Part shown: positions 18,724 to 30,352 of the stretch, piece after piece | Numbering within the stretch: the first letter of the stretch is position 1 | How the letters are laid out: every line of letters begins with the position of its first letter | Source of the DNA: Candidatus Latescibacterota bacterium | GTDB taxonomy: Bacteria > Latescibacterota > CBDEFO01 | Reading direction: 5' to 3' | Assembly: GCA_965248755.1 (NCBI GenBank) | Contig: OZ252149.1 | Coordinates: forward strand, 1,472,001 to 1,536,000 | Length of the DNA stretch: 64,000 bases | Translations under genes and position numbers: made by a program | The notes under the pieces: generated by a model | The model's input: only the letters and a program-made list of their open reading frames with translations | Told to the model about the DNA's origin: nothing | Databases searched by the model: none

Positions 18724-19929
18724 TCAGTCCGCTGTCACATGAAGCTCGCGCCCGATGGTGCTCAGATCCTCGTACCCGTTCTCTGTGATGACCACACCAT
18801 CTTCCAGACCAATGGCGCCCCATTCCAGACGGCGAGTACTGAACTCGATGGACAACGTCATGCCTTTCTCAAGCACGCGATCACTTTCGACGCCCAGCAC
18901 CGGTTCCTCGTGCACATTTCTGCCCACGCCGTGACCGATATAGCCCTGCAGATAGCTCTCGAGTCCTTCCTTCTGCAGTAGTCCGTTGCCGGTTTCAAAG
19001 ATATTCGACAGCTTAACTCCCGGGCGCAGCAGCTCGAGCACTGCGTCCATCGCCCGTCGCATGCCCTTGTAGATCTTAAGCAGCTCGTTGCTGGGCTCTC
19101 CTATGGACATGAACATGCACAGATCGCTCTGATAGTGGCGGTAGCTGGCTCCGCCGTCAACACAAACGGTCTGGCCAGGTGCAAACAGCATCGCGTTCGG
19201 TCCCACCACGTCTATGCCCAAGGGCCCGATCATCGTATGCAGCCACTCGTGGCGCACGCCGCGCCGGTAGTGTTCAGCGCCTAAGATCCCCTCGAAATCC
19301 AGGCCAGTCATCCCCCCCCGGACACTGTTGAACGCGGTCCTGTACGCCTCCTGGGTGGCCTTGGCCACGAAGCGCATTCGGCGGATCTCCTCCGGCGTCT
19401 TGAGCATCCGAAGTTCGTCGAAGAGGCCCAGGACCTCACGAAACTGCGCCTGTGGCATCAACCCCTGCAATTTCTCGTACGCTTCGATCCCCAGAAAGCG
19501 ACGCTCGATGCCGATTGTCGCCTTATCCAGACCTCGGTGGCAGAGAGCATCGGCGGCCGCGTCGAAGGGATCTAAGTAGGGTTCGGTGATCGACGGCCCG
19601 AGCGGGCTGTTGGTGGAGCGCATCGGCACGTCGGGACCCCAGACGCGACGATCTTTGATCCAGACTTCCCAGTTGTACATGTCACCCTCTTCACTGGCCC
19701 GACGGCAGGTTACGAACGGCTCGACCTTCCGGTCCTGCGGCAGCCCAACGAAGAGCTGATAGGGCTCGTCCCGGTCAAAGGTCGTCCACGGCCCGATGCT
19801 GGTGTACAAGTCGTGCTTCCAGTGGTCGGCCAGGTAGCCTGCGTTCAAGAGTGTGTGGGGCAAAAGCACGTCCACGCCCCACTGCTTCATCAGATGCACT
19901 GCTTTATCGTAGTCAAATAGGATCACCAC
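18724..19929 (-). CDS. M24 family (Xaa-Pro peptidase/creatinase-like) enzyme
   Basis: LKTPEEI, DGG..YQSD, GHGVGRNVHEEP, SIE, LEDGVVITENG. Confidence 0.88.
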   Translation of the reverse strand: MVILFDYDKAVHLMKQWGVDVLLPHTLLNAGYLADHWKHDLYTSIGPWTTFDRDEPYQLFVGLPQDRKVEPFVTCRRASEEGDMYNWEVWIKDRRVWGPDVPMRSTNSPLGPSITEPYLDPFDAAADALCHRGLDKATIGIERRFLGIEAYEKLQGLMPQAQFREVLGLFDELRMLKTPEEIRRMRFVAKATQEAYRTAFNSVRGGMTGLDFEGILGAEHYRRGVRHEWLHTMIGPLGIDVVGPNAMLFAPGQTVCVDGGASYRHYQSDLCMFMSIGEPSNELLKIYKGMRRAMDAVLELLRPGVKLSNIFETGNGLLQKEGLESYLQGYIGHGVGRNVHEEPVLGVESDRVLEKGMTLSIEFSTRRLEWGAIGLEDGVVITENGYEDLSTIGRELHVTAD

Positions 19930-20860
19930 GTTCCTCCAGCCAGCTTTCTAAATCGCTGTTCCGCCACCCCTGCGGCCGGTAATTCAACATGCGGGCTGCC
20001 CGTTCATGCGACCAGAGGGAACAATGGTCGTGCAGGGGGGTCTTTAGCGGGACTTTCGGATAGTAACGGGCAACGAGTTGCGCAGTCTCTTGGACGGTGT
20101 AGACTTCATTGCCGAGAATCTGGAAGACGTCATGGACGATTTCGTCGTTCTCCAGCGCCAACCGGCAGGCAACGCCGGTATCTCTGGCGTCCGTGACGTC
20201 CCAGAGCACCTTTGGACCTGGCGGTTTTCCCCTTTCGGGGTCCTGCCTGCGGAGCTGGTATTCCGTCCACATTTCTTCCACGGAGGCGAATCGCACAGTG
20301 CCGCCTCCTGAGCGAACTGCCACTTCGGCCCCTTCCCGATCCACATACCAGTTGTTGCCCAGGCGCAGGCAGATGGTATGAATGCCGTACGCATCTGAGT
20401 ACCGCTTGCACGTGAGTTCACCCAGCAGTTTGCTAAGACCGTATTCGTCCTGCGGCTCGCAGGGGTGCTCCTCATCGATAGGAAAATAGCGCGGGATGAT
20501 CTGATTTTTCGCGAACGTTATACCCGCGGCTGCAGCTGAAGATGCGAACACAACTTTGGCCACACCCACCGCCACGGCCGCCTCGAGAACGCGAAGCGTC
20601 CCGATGATATTGCCGTGCATCATCTGCTCGGGCGTGACCAGGCCCAATCCGGTGACAGCGGCCAGGTGTAATATGGCGTCGTGGCCCGGACAGATCTGCA
20701 GCAGTTGCTCTGCCTCCATGATGTCACCCTGAATGAATCGCGCACCGGACACCAGCGGCTCTCGGCGACCGAAGCTCGAGACAATATGCCCGGCGCCGAG
20801 TAACTCTCGCAGTGCATAGCCACCGAGCCTGCCGCTGCCCCCTGTTACAAGAACCTTCAT
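19913..20860 (-). CDS. NAD-dependent epimerase/dehydratase (extended SDR)
   Basis: VTGGSGRLG, HLAA, ASS, YGLSK. Confidence 0.9.
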   Translation of the reverse strand: MKVLVTGGSGRLGGYALRELLGAGHIVSSFGRREPLVSGARFIQGDIMEAEQLLQICPGHDAILHLAAVTGLGLVTPEQMMHGNIIGTLRVLEAAVAVGVAKVVFASSAAAAGITFAKNQIIPRYFPIDEEHPCEPQDEYGLSKLLGELTCKRYSDAYGIHTICLRLGNNWYVDREGAEVAVRSGGGTVRFASVEEMWTEYQLRRQDPERGKPPGPKVLWDVTDARDTGVACRLALENDEIVHDVFQILGNEVYTVQETAQLVARYYPKVPLKTPLHDHCSLWSHERAARMLNYRPQGWRNSDLESWLEERGDPI

Positions 20861-21154
20861 CTTGTGCTCTCCTCTCTCAGGTCAGTTTCCAACGCGGGTT
20901 TGCCTCCTTCAGGAACGTGAAAGCTACTTGGGACCCCTTACAGAGGTTCCTGGACTGCTCACTCCTTCTGATGGTCTCCAGAAAAACAGGTAGCGAACCC
21001 TGCTGCACGCCCTCGCTGAATGTCTAAACTGAGCCCGTACAGCAGCCACGAAGACGGTAGGCGACATGCCTTCACTCAGATCTTCAATGAATTTCAAAGG
21101 TCGCATAACCATCCTGTGTCTACGAAGTTCCGAAGGCATACGGATAGTCCCGAT

Positions 21155-21175
21155 CCCCGATAGACTCAATCGGGG
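21155..21175 (-). repeat. 21-nt hairpin micro-element, copy 1
   Basis: CCCCGATAGACTCAATCGGGG flanked by AT on both sides; exact reverse complement of 36194-36214. Confidence 0.85.
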
Positions 21176-21183
21176 ATCAACTG

Positions 21184-21212
21184 AAAATAAGGAAGAAAAT
21201 AGTGTTTGTCAA
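21184..21212 (-). promoter_or_regulatory. Candidate sigma70 promoter for the epimerase-M24-PhyH unit
   Basis: Minus strand TTGACA-17 nt-TATTTT. Confidence 0.45.
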
Positions 21213-21319
21213 TGAAAAGTTCTCAGTCCAAAACCGTTGTAATACCTCTTTCAATTGAAAATGAGGCTGCATATGTTTAGATCGATACGACTGCTTTTAC
21301 GGCAAACGAGCAGGTTGGA

Positions 21320-21645
21320 TGGGGAAGATAAAGGTAGGTGGACCGGAGACATACGAAGCTAGATAAGCGGCCTTTTAATGGGGCACAGAGAAGCATGATG
21401 CAGAAAGAATGTTGGCCATTCTTTGGTTCACCCGTAACACTGCACATCATGATCAGGGCAATCTCTCGAAAAGTTTCAAGCGTGTCTGTAAAAGGGCAGA
21501 TGGCAAAAATGCCACTATGCATACACATCACCATAGCTTTGGATGGCGCATGTGGAACTCAAGATCCTGCATGGAATCGTGGGAGATTTGGATATCCACT
21601 CCATAACGATCTACTCCCATATCCAGAAAGAATACCTTAAAGGCA
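21320..21645 (+). pseudogene. Decayed tyrosine recombinase/integrase C-terminus
   Basis: Across frames: KGR/DRRHTKL, FKRVCKRA..KNATMHTHHHSF (HxxRHSF box), VELKILHGIVGDLDIHSITIYSHI (LGH..TxxYTH box). Confidence 0.6.
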
Positions 21646-22087
21646 CGACATCTGCAGCGGATGAGCTTCGTGCTCCTTTAAGAAAGAGAGAGGTTAACGA
21701 AAGTTCAAAGATTATGAAGCAAGACTGAAGAAGGCTATTGAAAAAAGGAGCAGATTCTCTTGCCATCTGAACGTTTCGATATATGCTGTCACGCAAAACT
21801 ATTAGTGACATGATGGATTTCAGTGATGAAGATGCTGTCTGTTCAAAATAAGAGATAGAATCCGATGGTAAAACGGAACTTATGGTCAGAAATCTCTGAC
21901 GTTAATACGATGCTATTTCTTGGAGAATAGCGGAACTTTTCGGTATTCAAGAGATATTTATGGCGAACTGGATCTTACATTAGAAAGGTAGAAAAGCAGC
22001 AGACAAAAGTTATAGCAGGTTCATTTCAGTCCACCACAAATTGGTAGGATCAGTGGGCAAGAACAGGGAGCGTGAAGCGATAAGATA

Positions 22088-24044
22088 CTACTCTATGCCC
22101 GATATTAGTCTGTGCCTGTATATGCTCTTTTTCAGTACATCTCCCATAGTGAGCGCCTCGAGCTTCTCAAGATAGCTCATCACAACCATAACGACTGTAG
22201 CATGACTCCAGGTCAAAGAGGAGACGGACAGTGGCTCATTTGTGTGAGGATGAACCTGCTCTGCCAAGACTCCCGACTCAAGCGTTCTGTCCGCGACCCA
22301 CTCCATTATATCCACTGCCTTCTTAAGGTCATCTACTTTTATGGAAGTCGCTATGTACCATTCTGCAAGCCACATCGTGCAGATGAACCAGGGATTTCCA
22401 GGGACATTATCTATATCCTGGCTTTTCTGATGGTAGTAGTCGTTCTCATATCTGGCTACTCCCCCCACATTAGTTTTTATCCAGAGCCTCTCCCTTATGG
22501 ATTTCATAGTGGATACAATTTTCGGATCGTCGGGAGGAAAAGCTCCGAATCTGAAAAGGCCGTACATGCTGGCGTCTATGGTCATGTCAAGATCGTATCC
22601 GTCGTCGTTTCTAACTGCTGTCCGACATAAGCGATTGTACTTTTCTGCAAGGGCGTCTTCTCCGAAGGCAGAGGCAAACTTGGCGGCGGCCTTCAACCCT
22701 CCACACACGGCTCCCACCGTATATGCATGAACCCCGTGTCGCTCCTCCCACAGATCGTAAGACTCAAGGGGAAGCTTGGTCTCCTCATCCCTGAATCTTA
22801 CCATAAATTCCGCAGCCGATGTTACCAATCTCCTGTATAAGGGCTTTATGTACTCTATGTCCCTGAATTTGTTGAAGTGCTCCCAGAGCGCCTAGACTAC
22901 AAGCGCGGTCTCGTCCTCCTGTATCGGAAGCTCAAGCTTGCCGTCCTTCGTCCAGGGGTACCAGGAGCTTGCCACAGAACCGTCGGGGCTATATTTGTGC
23001 AGGAAGTATCCATCTTTCCTTATCGCGTGGTAGCAGAATTCGAAGAATCTCCTTGAGATCTCAGAATATCCCGTCTTTATGAGAGTAGTTGCCACCAATG
23101 CCCAGTCCCTGGGCCACATATACGAATAGGTGTCCCTTGAAAAATGCAGTATGTCGCTGTCATTGGCGGGGATTATGGCTCCCCGGTTGTCAATCTGGGT
23201 TCTTAAAATTAACAGGCTCCTTTTGAAAAGGTCGACAATGTTCTGGGAAAGATCCTTGTAGCTGAAGTCCTCCTTGTTTACCCAGAGTCTCCAGATAAGC
23301 GCCTGTCCTTTTTATCAATTCCTCAGGCGACTTCTCGACTACCCTGTTATAACGGCGATCTACGTCAGCCCATCTTCGACCTACAACCATCCAGTAATAG
23401 GCCGTGTTCTGGCCTTTTGCCGGAACATCTATATGAAATCCTAATGTCGAATACACATCTCCTTGTTCTATTGCATTTCCCCCAAGGTGTCCGTCTTCCG
23501 CATCTTTCCAGGTTCCTATTGCACCGCCGACTTCCTTCTTTCCTGTGTCAAACTGATCTATACCTATCTTCTGGGAGTCCGAACAGCACATCCTGAAGTA
23601 CCTTTTCCCCTTGTAGTGAACTATAGATTTCCCCACAGGATCGTAGTAAGCCGTATCCCCCACGTCGCTTCCATATATGTGGAAATCGTGTCCGAAAAAG
23701 AGTCTCCCGTGTCTTTTTTTATTTTCCAGATTCACGATTTTGATCTTCTTTATGTAGATATTTTCGTGGAAATTCACAGTATCGCCGATATAAAGTTCAA
23801 GCTTAAGCCGATCGTTCTTGGCCACCACATCGGTTATCAGTGTCTCTGGAAGGTATTTGTGCGACAGGTCCCATACGTCATCTATCCAGCTGAATTGTCC
23901 GTCGACCCAGGCTCCGAACTTAAAGGAATGTCCTTCCGTGTGGTTCTCCTGTCCCACGTAAGGGTAGTAAATGTCTCGCAACTGGTAGGATTTATCGAAT
24001 GTTATTAGAAGATCCCCGTTTCCTATGGGAATGTCGCCCGGCAT
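22088..24044 (-). pseudogene. Glycoside hydrolase family 15 (glucoamylase) pseudogene
   Basis: DIPIGNG, YSYMWPRD, IQEDETA, YDLWEER, GNPWF, LAEQ, LTWSHA. Frameshift near 23294 and in-frame TAG at 22892-22894. Confidence 0.85.
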
Positions 24045-24188
24045 TGTTTGCTCCTGTCTCTATGTGTTCTTTGAAAGGCGGATAATAATCTACCGGACTG
24101 GAATAATGTACTAATTGCTCAGGCGATGTCAACTTTTTACCGACGTTAGGTTTGTCTATATTTTTTCTTGTGTAAACCCCTTCCTATG

Positions 24189-24197
24189 TGTTATAAT
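24189..24197 (+). promoter_or_regulatory. Extended -10 promoter element for the DUF5069 gene
   Basis: TG-T-TATAAT. Confidence 0.5.
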
Positions 24198-24296
24198 TAA
24201 TATAAATCGACCTTCTTAGAGAGGACAGCAGAGCTCCTACAAGTTAATTTTCAGGATCGTAACAGCCCAAAATCTCAATTGGAAAGGATGTAAAGA

Positions 24297-25154
24297 ATGG
24301 ATTTGACAAGACAGCCTCCACGTCGTCCATCAAACGTAACGATGGCAGGTATCGTCGGACTTGCTAGAATGACGGACAAGGCAAGAGCGGCCAACAGAGG
24401 GATGTTGGGCGAATATGTGTACGGGGAAGCTTCCGGATCGGACATGAATGTTTTGAATTTTCTGGGGATCTCAGCCGCGGAATTTGCAGAAGCCGTTGAA
24501 AAATACGACGACGCCGGCATAAGTGAGTGGGTGCTCCAAAAATCGGGGAAAACAGAAGACCAGATCGACGCCTTCAATGAGGCCGAACTGTCGCGAGAAC
24601 CGGATGATGAGATGCATCGGGCCTTGCTCCAGGAGCGCGTAGAAAAGTACGCCCCCGGAAGAACAGATATCAAGACAGGGGTTCAGTCTATAGAACTGGA
24701 CGATTGGGGCAACTTTTATAGACTGGATCTCACCAAGCAACCTCCGCGCAGTCCATATTGCACCGACGTAGCAGGAATCGCCTGGGCTGCCCGTGCGGCG
24801 GACAAAGCCAGGGCTGCGAACGCGGGTCTCTTGGGAGAATATAATTACGGCGATGACTCTGAGGGCGATAAACCTCTTTTGGAGTTTCTGGGCATCTCGG
24901 CAGAAGATTTTGCCCGTGCGGCTGTGAACAATCCAAACGATATAGAGTTAGGGGACTGGGTTATCCAGAAGTCGGGGAAAACAGAGGATGAGATCGCAGA
25001 ATTCAACAGAAACTTTTCAGAAGCTGGACCCGAAACAGATGAGGAGCGCGCCGGGTTCCAGGAGTACTTGAACGAATTAGACCCCACCCGGACAGATGTC
25101 ACTACGTGGTCTGCGTTGATGCTCCTTGACGATCAGATAAGTTTTTCAAAATAA
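24297..25154 (+). CDS. Protein with two tandem DUF5069-like domains
   Basis: Repeated DLT(R/K)QPPR..AG...AR..DKARAAN.G.LGEY.YG..S..D...L.FLGISA. Confidence 0.75.
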   Translation: MDLTRQPPRRPSNVTMAGIVGLARMTDKARAANRGMLGEYVYGEASGSDMNVLNFLGISAAEFAEAVEKYDDAGISEWVLQKSGKTEDQIDAFNEAELSREPDDEMHRALLQERVEKYAPGRTDIKTGVQSIELDDWGNFYRLDLTKQPPRSPYCTDVAGIAWAARAADKARAANAGLLGEYNYGDDSEGDKPLLEFLGISAEDFARAAVNNPNDIELGDWVIQKSGKTEDEIAEFNRNFSEAGPETDEERAGFQEYLNELDPTRTDVTTWSALMLLDDQISFSK

Positions 25155-25253
25155 GAGATCATTGGAAGAATGTGGAGATGTGGAAGGAAGAAGCTCCAGC
25201 TACGGGTTACACGTCCTTTCCACATCTCCTGCTAATGTGACATGCTTTTCGAG

Positions 25254-26601
25254 GGGTCTGTCAGTTTTTTTGTGTAAATGGGATTTTCTTCTGTACCCTT
25301 TTCGGCTTATTCTATACCAAATCTCCCCTCGAAGTGGATGGAGAATTGGTGAATGGCCAAGCTCCAGTTCCTGATCGGCATCGTCCATTTTTTCTTGATA
25401 TTCTTGAGTGTCATATAGAGTAACTTAATCGCTGTCTCGTCGTTTGGGAAGCTATTTCTGTTCTTTATTACTTTCCGTAGAGAGTTATTAAGCGATTCGA
25501 TGGCGTTTGTGGTATAGATCACCCTTCGGATCTCTTCAGAGTAGGCGAAAAACGGGATGATCCGAGACCAGTTATTCTGCCACGATTTACTTATCATCGG
25601 ATAACGGCTGTCCCAAGCCTCCTGAAAATCTCCAAGGGCCTCTTCAGCCTGTTCTACCGTGGGGGCTCGGTATATATTCTTGAGGTCGGCGGCAATCTTT
25701 TTACGATCCCTATACGACACGAACTTCAAGGAATTCCTCACCACATGGACAATACAGAGCTGGACCTCTGCTTGGGGAAATACGGATTCAATAGCCTCTG
25801 GAAGACCCTGGAGACCATCCACGCAAGCTATCAACACATCGTTCATCCCCCGATTCTTAAGCTCCGTGAAAACTTGCAGCCAGAACTTCGCCCCCTCGCT
25901 CTTTGCAATCCAGATACCCAAAACGTCTTTCATCCCATCCAGACCGACCCCTACCGCAAGATACACCGCCTTGTTTACGATCCGGCCTTCGTCTCTAATC
26001 TTCATCACCAGAGAATCAAAGAATACTATGGGATACACCCCTTCAAAAGGACGATCCTGCCACTGCTTCACCTCTGATATGATCCCATCGGTCACAGTCG
26101 ATATCAAATCAGGGGACACCTCTACACCGTATATCTCCTCCAAATGAGCCTGTATATCACGTGTGGTCATCCCTCGGGCATACATAGACAGTATCTTATC
26201 ATCAAAACCTGTAAATCGCCTCTGCCCCTTCCTCACTATCTGCGGATCAAACTGACTGTTCCGATCCCGTGGCACCGATATCTCCAGATCACCATAATCT
26301 GTCTTCAATCCCTTTGTGCTCCTACCGTTGCGCGAATTACCGCTGTTCCTCCCTTCTGGTAGAACTCTTATCGTAGCCTAACTCATACGTAAGCTCTGAC
26401 TCCAGAGCCCGCTCAAGAATCGCCTTCGTCAACTGCTTCAAAAGACCTTCCTCACCAATTATGTCTTCCGGCTTCTTGTAGTCCTTCAAAAGCTCATCAA
26501 TCAACTTCGGGTCTAGCTTGTCCATGTAAGAACTCCTTATGTAAATGGTGGCCAACTAATATAACTCATTTCCCCATTTACACAAATTTCCTTACACACC
26601 C
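25254..26601 (-). mobile_element. IS256-family element copy 1 (transposase 25307-26525 frameshifted)
   Basis: IRs GGGTCTGTCAG../GGGTGTGTAAG..; 8-bp TSD TTTTCGAG at 25246-25253 and 26602-26609; extra T at 26360 relative to copies 2 and 3. Confidence 0.95.
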
Positions 26602-26637
26602 TTTTCGAGTGGAGAGATTGGTACTAAAGTATTGTTT

Positions 26638-26677
26638 AGAGAGCCTCAACTCTCTCCAGAGAGCTTCAACTCTCTCC
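26638..26677. repeat. Two tandem 20-nt hairpin units
   Basis: AGAGAGCCTCAACTCTCTCC / AGAGAGCTTCAACTCTCTCC. Confidence 0.7.
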
Positions 26678-26763
26678 CTTACGATTCTTCGGAGTGAGTT
26701 CCCCTCGCGATGACTGAATCGCCCGGGTCAAGCAATCTGCGTGAGACCACCTTTCCCTTTCTA

Positions 26764-28005
26764 CTACGTTCTACTGTTTGGTGCCATGCGGTTTGATCTC
26801 AGTATTTCTGCAAATCTCCTCTTACCTGCCTTTACGATCTCCCCTCCTTTAAGACTGATATCCGCATCAGGATTCGATATTCTCTCCCCATCGATGCTCA
26901 TGCCTCCCCCTTCGATTAGTCTCCTTGCCTCTGTGTTCGTTGTGGCAAAGCCTAAATCCTTAACAAGTTTCACAACCCATATCGAATCCTCCGGCACCTG
27001 ATGCTGGGGGATGTTCTCAGGGAGTTTCTGCTCTTTGAATACTCTGTTAAATTCCCTCTCCGCATCTTGGGCTGTACCCTTATCGTAATATAGGCTTACA
27101 AGCTGTCGCGCAAGTTCCCTCTTCACATCCATTGGATTTACACTGGCGTCGTTCAGACGTCTCTCTATGTCCTCAAGCTCCCCTTCTGATGTCACTGTTC
27201 CCAGAGCGATCTTAAAATAAGGATAGACAAGCTCATCTGAAATAGACATAGTCTTGCCGTATATTTGATCTGGCGGCTCGGTGATGCCTATGTAGTTTCC
27301 CAGGCTCTTGCTCATCTTCAGGGTGCCGTCCAGGCCCACCAAAAGGGGCATAGTGATAAACACCTCCGGCTCCTGACCGTACTCTCTTTGAATCTCCCTT
27401 GCGACCAAGAGGTTGAATTTCTGGTCTGTCCCGCCCAATTCCACGTCTGCCTTGAGTGCCACCGAATCGTAGCCCTGAAGCAGAGGATACATAAACTCTA
27501 AAATGGTAATCGGCTTTCCCGTCTGATAGCGCTCTAAAAAATCGTCCCTTTCGATCATCCTGGCAACAGTGTACTTAGAGGCCAACTCCAGCATATCCTC
27601 AATCTTCAAGGCTCTGCACCACTTGCTGTTGAACTCGACCCTCGTCTTTCGGGGATCTAAGATCTTGAACACCTGTTCCTTGTAGGTTAGTGCGTTTTTT
27701 AGGATCTCTCCCCTTGAAAGGCTTTTTCTGGTAGCATTCTTTTGGCTCGGGTCGCCGATCATCCCTGTAAAATCCCCGATCATGAACACAACTTCGTGTC
27801 CCAAATCCTGAAAATGTTTCATCTTCCATATCAGCACAGCGTTTCCGATATGTATATCGGGAGCGGTGGGATCAAACCCAGTTTTTACTACCAGGGGCGT
27901 ATTAGTCTTTATAGATCGTTCTAACTTCGTTACTAAATCGTCCTCAGGGATGATCTCCTCTGTCCCTTTTTTTATGATATCCAGCTGTTCGTTTAGACTC
28001 ATCAT
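26764..28005 (-). CDS. tyrS: Tyrosine--tRNA ligase
   Basis: [32 protein letters not shown]-terminal S4 domain. Confidence 0.97.
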   Translation of the reverse strand: MMSLNEQLDIIKKGTEEIIPEDDLVTKLERSIKTNTPLVVKTGFDPTAPDIHIGNAVLIWKMKHFQDLGHEVVFMIGDFTGMIGDPSQKNATRKSLSRGEILKNALTYKEQVFKILDPRKTRVEFNSKWCRALKIEDMLELASKYTVARMIERDDFLERYQTGKPITILEFMYPLLQGYDSVALKADVELGGTDQKFNLLVAREIQREYGQEPEVFITMPLLVGLDGTLKMSKSLGNYIGITEPPDQIYGKTMSISDELVYPYFKIALGTVTSEGELEDIERRLNDASVNPMDVKRELARQLVSLYYDKGTAQDAEREFNRVFKEQKLPENIPQHQVPEDSIWVVKLVKDLGFATTNTEARRLIEGGGMSIDGERISNPDADISLKGGEIVKAGKRRFAEILRSNRMAPNSRT

Positions 28006-28279
28006 AGGCTCTGACCTTCCGATCATTGTGAACTAATTTGATCCTCTTGGACAAAGTTTCTTTGACATGTAATAGCGCAATATATTGTAATTCTTATAGA
28101 TAGGTGGAGTGTCCACTCTGTTGAGTAGGCAACAAGCCGCAAGGTGGAAAGTAACCATTTGGAACATTCCTAAAATGTCCTTGACTTATTGCCATAAGTA
28201 AGTACAATTTAGAGAAGAACGATTTTACATCTCCAATCTTGCCAAGAAATGCTTTGATACCCCACAAAGGGGAACTGCA

Positions 28280-30352
28280 ATGAAAAGGACACTGCTCTAC
28301 GCTCTTACGGCCTCCATAATATATCTTTTACTTCTATCTGTGGCAGTTGTCTATTTCAGCAGAGGTCTGCCCGGCTTAGAACGTCTCGAAAGGATACACG
28401 AAGAGACCAAGCTCACTACCAGAATTTACTCCTCTGACGGTGTAGTCTTAAAAGAGTTCGCCGTTGAGAAGAGAGAGCCTGTGTTCTACGAACAGCTTCC
28501 ACAGAACCTGGTGGATGCAGTCGTATCTATAGAAGACGAGAGGTTCTGGGATCACTGGGGCATCTCTTTAAGAGACATCGCCAGAGCGGTGTGGATAAAC
28601 CTGACTTCAGCACAGATCAAACAGGGAGCCAGCACACTTACACAGCAACTTGCAAGGAGACTCTTTCTCACCCCTGAAAAGACCCTGGCACGAAAGATAA
28701 AGGAAGCTATAACATCTGTGAGAATCGAAAGGACCTATACTAAAAAAGAGATAGTCCAGATGTATCTCAACGAGCAGTACTTCGGTAACGGGTGCTACGG
28801 TGTTCAATCCGCATCCGTATTTTACTTTGCCAAAGATGTCCAGGACCTCTCTCTTGAGGAGTGCGCGTATTTAGCTGGACTCTTGCAGCGTCCCTCAGAT
28901 TACTCAGATAGCCGTAAAGATGGGTGGATTCGCAGAAATACAGTTCTGCGTGCTATGGCATCCGCCGGGAAGATATCCCGCCAAGAGACAAAAGAGGCCC
29001 AAAGGGCTCCCCCGAGGTTCAACCACCCTCAAGAGGATGAAGGACTTGCCCCCTATTTCACGGAATATGTAAGGCAACATCTTGAGGCAGAATACGGATA
29101 CTCCGCTATATACGAAAGGGGTCTTTCTGTCTATACAGCCCTCGATTCCAGGACCCAAAGTATAGCCGAACAAGCCGTATCCAAAAAGCTCAGTCAGATA
29201 CAGTGGAAAATCGACAGTGAAAGCGCCAAGTTCCCGCCGGATTCTACCCTCTTTCAAATCGGCGATTCCCTTCAGGTAAGCGTGGTTCAAGGAGCCTTGG
29301 TCGCCCTCAATATAGCCACGGGAGAGATTTTGGCTATGGTCGGGGGAAAAGACTTTGAAGAGAGCAAATACAACAGAGCTGTGCAAGCCAAAAGGCAGCC
29401 GGGCTCCGCCTTTAAGCCTTTCATATACACTGCTGCCATAGACAATCACTACCGCACCACTGATAAGATACTCGACAATTCCATCACACTGCCACTTAAT
29501 GGGAAGATGTGGAGTCCGCAAAATTACGACCGAACCTTCAAGGGAGAAATGTCCCTCAGAGAGGGTCTCAAGCAGTCCCGCAACCTAGTAGCCGTAAAGC
29601 TCCTTTTGAAGATAGGTCCCAGACTTCCCATTCAATACGCAAAGAAGATGGGCATCAAGACTCCCCTTCAGCCCGTCTATTCTCTTGCCCTCGGAACAGC
29701 GGAAGTCACTCTTTTGGATATCACATCAGCCTACGGAGTCTTCCCCAACCAGGGCATCAGAGTTGAACCTATCTCTATTTTGCGCATCCTGGATAAAGAC
29801 GGTGAAACTATCTTCGAAGAGGACAGAGGGTCAGAAAGCGAAGTTCTCTCTGCCGAGACAGCGTCGGTTATGACCAGCATGCTTAAATCTGTTATGGAAG
29901 AGAAGGGTACGGGCTACGCGGCCAGGGCATATCCCTACAGATTCAAACGTCCGGCAGGGGGAAAGACTGGAACGACTCAAGATTTCACTGACGCCTGGTT
30001 CATCGGCTTTACACCGCATATTGTGACGGGGGTCTGGATCGGCTTCGACGTAAAGCGCTCGCTCGGTGACAGGATGGCAGGTTCTGTCGTAGCCCTCCCT
30101 CCCTGGGCCGAATTTATGAAGGAAGCTCACGAGGTCTTAGAACTACAGGAGAATGACTTTCAGATGTCTCCCGACGTCGTTAGACTCCAGATCTGTTGGG
30201 ATACCTATGATGTAGCCACCGACTACTGTCCCACAAAAATAGAGGAGGTATTCATCCCTCAAAGCTTTCCCACAGAGCTCTGCCAGGAACATCAAGCAGC
30301 AGGGATAGATGGAATATCAAGGAGCAGAGGCAGAAGAGCTAACGTGTTCTAG
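28280..30352 (+). CDS. mrcA: Class A penicillin-binding protein 1A
   Basis: EDERFWDHWG, GASTLTQQL, RQPGSAFKP, SRN, KTGTT. Confidence 0.92.
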   Translation: MKRTLLYALTASIIYLLLLSVAVVYFSRGLPGLERLERIHEETKLTTRIYSSDGVVLKEFAVEKREPVFYEQLPQNLVDAVVSIEDERFWDHWGISLRDIARAVWINLTSAQIKQGASTLTQQLARRLFLTPEKTLARKIKEAITSVRIERTYTKKEIVQMYLNEQYFGNGCYGVQSASVFYFAKDVQDLSLEECAYLAGLLQRPSDYSDSRKDGWIRRNTVLRAMASAGKISRQETKEAQRAPPRFNHPQEDEGLAPYFTEYVRQHLEAEYGYSAIYERGLSVYTALDSRTQSIAEQAVSKKLSQIQWKIDSESAKFPPDSTLFQIGDSLQVSVVQGALVALNIATGEILAMVGGKDFEESKYNRAVQAKRQPGSAFKPFIYTAAIDNHYRTTDKILDNSITLPLNGKMWSPQNYDRTFKGEMSLREGLKQSRNLVAVKLLLKIGPRLPIQYAKKMGIKTPLQPVYSLALGTAEVTLLDITSAYGVFPNQGIRVEPISILRILDKDGETIFEEDRGSESEVLSAETASVMTSMLKSVMEEKGTGYAARAYPYRFKRPAGGKTGTTQDFTDAWFIGFTPHIVTGVWIGFDVKRSLGDRMAGSVVALPPWAEFMKEAHEVLELQENDFQMSPDVVRLQICWDTYDVATDYCPTKIEEVFIPQSFPTELCQEHQAAGIDGISRSRGRRANVF

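Noticed and set aside
21690..22000. Decayed ORF downstream of the integrase relic
   Set aside because: Coding-like fragments with stops but no assignable family.
26337..26370. Programmed frameshift in IS256 copy 1
   Set aside because: The other two copies lack the extra base and there is no slippery sequence; it is a simple insertion or an error.
28027..28279. T-box or small RNA between tyrS and PBP1A
   Set aside because: No T-box consensus or terminator; only small hairpins and promoter-like hexamers (TTGACT-16-TACAAT at 28181).
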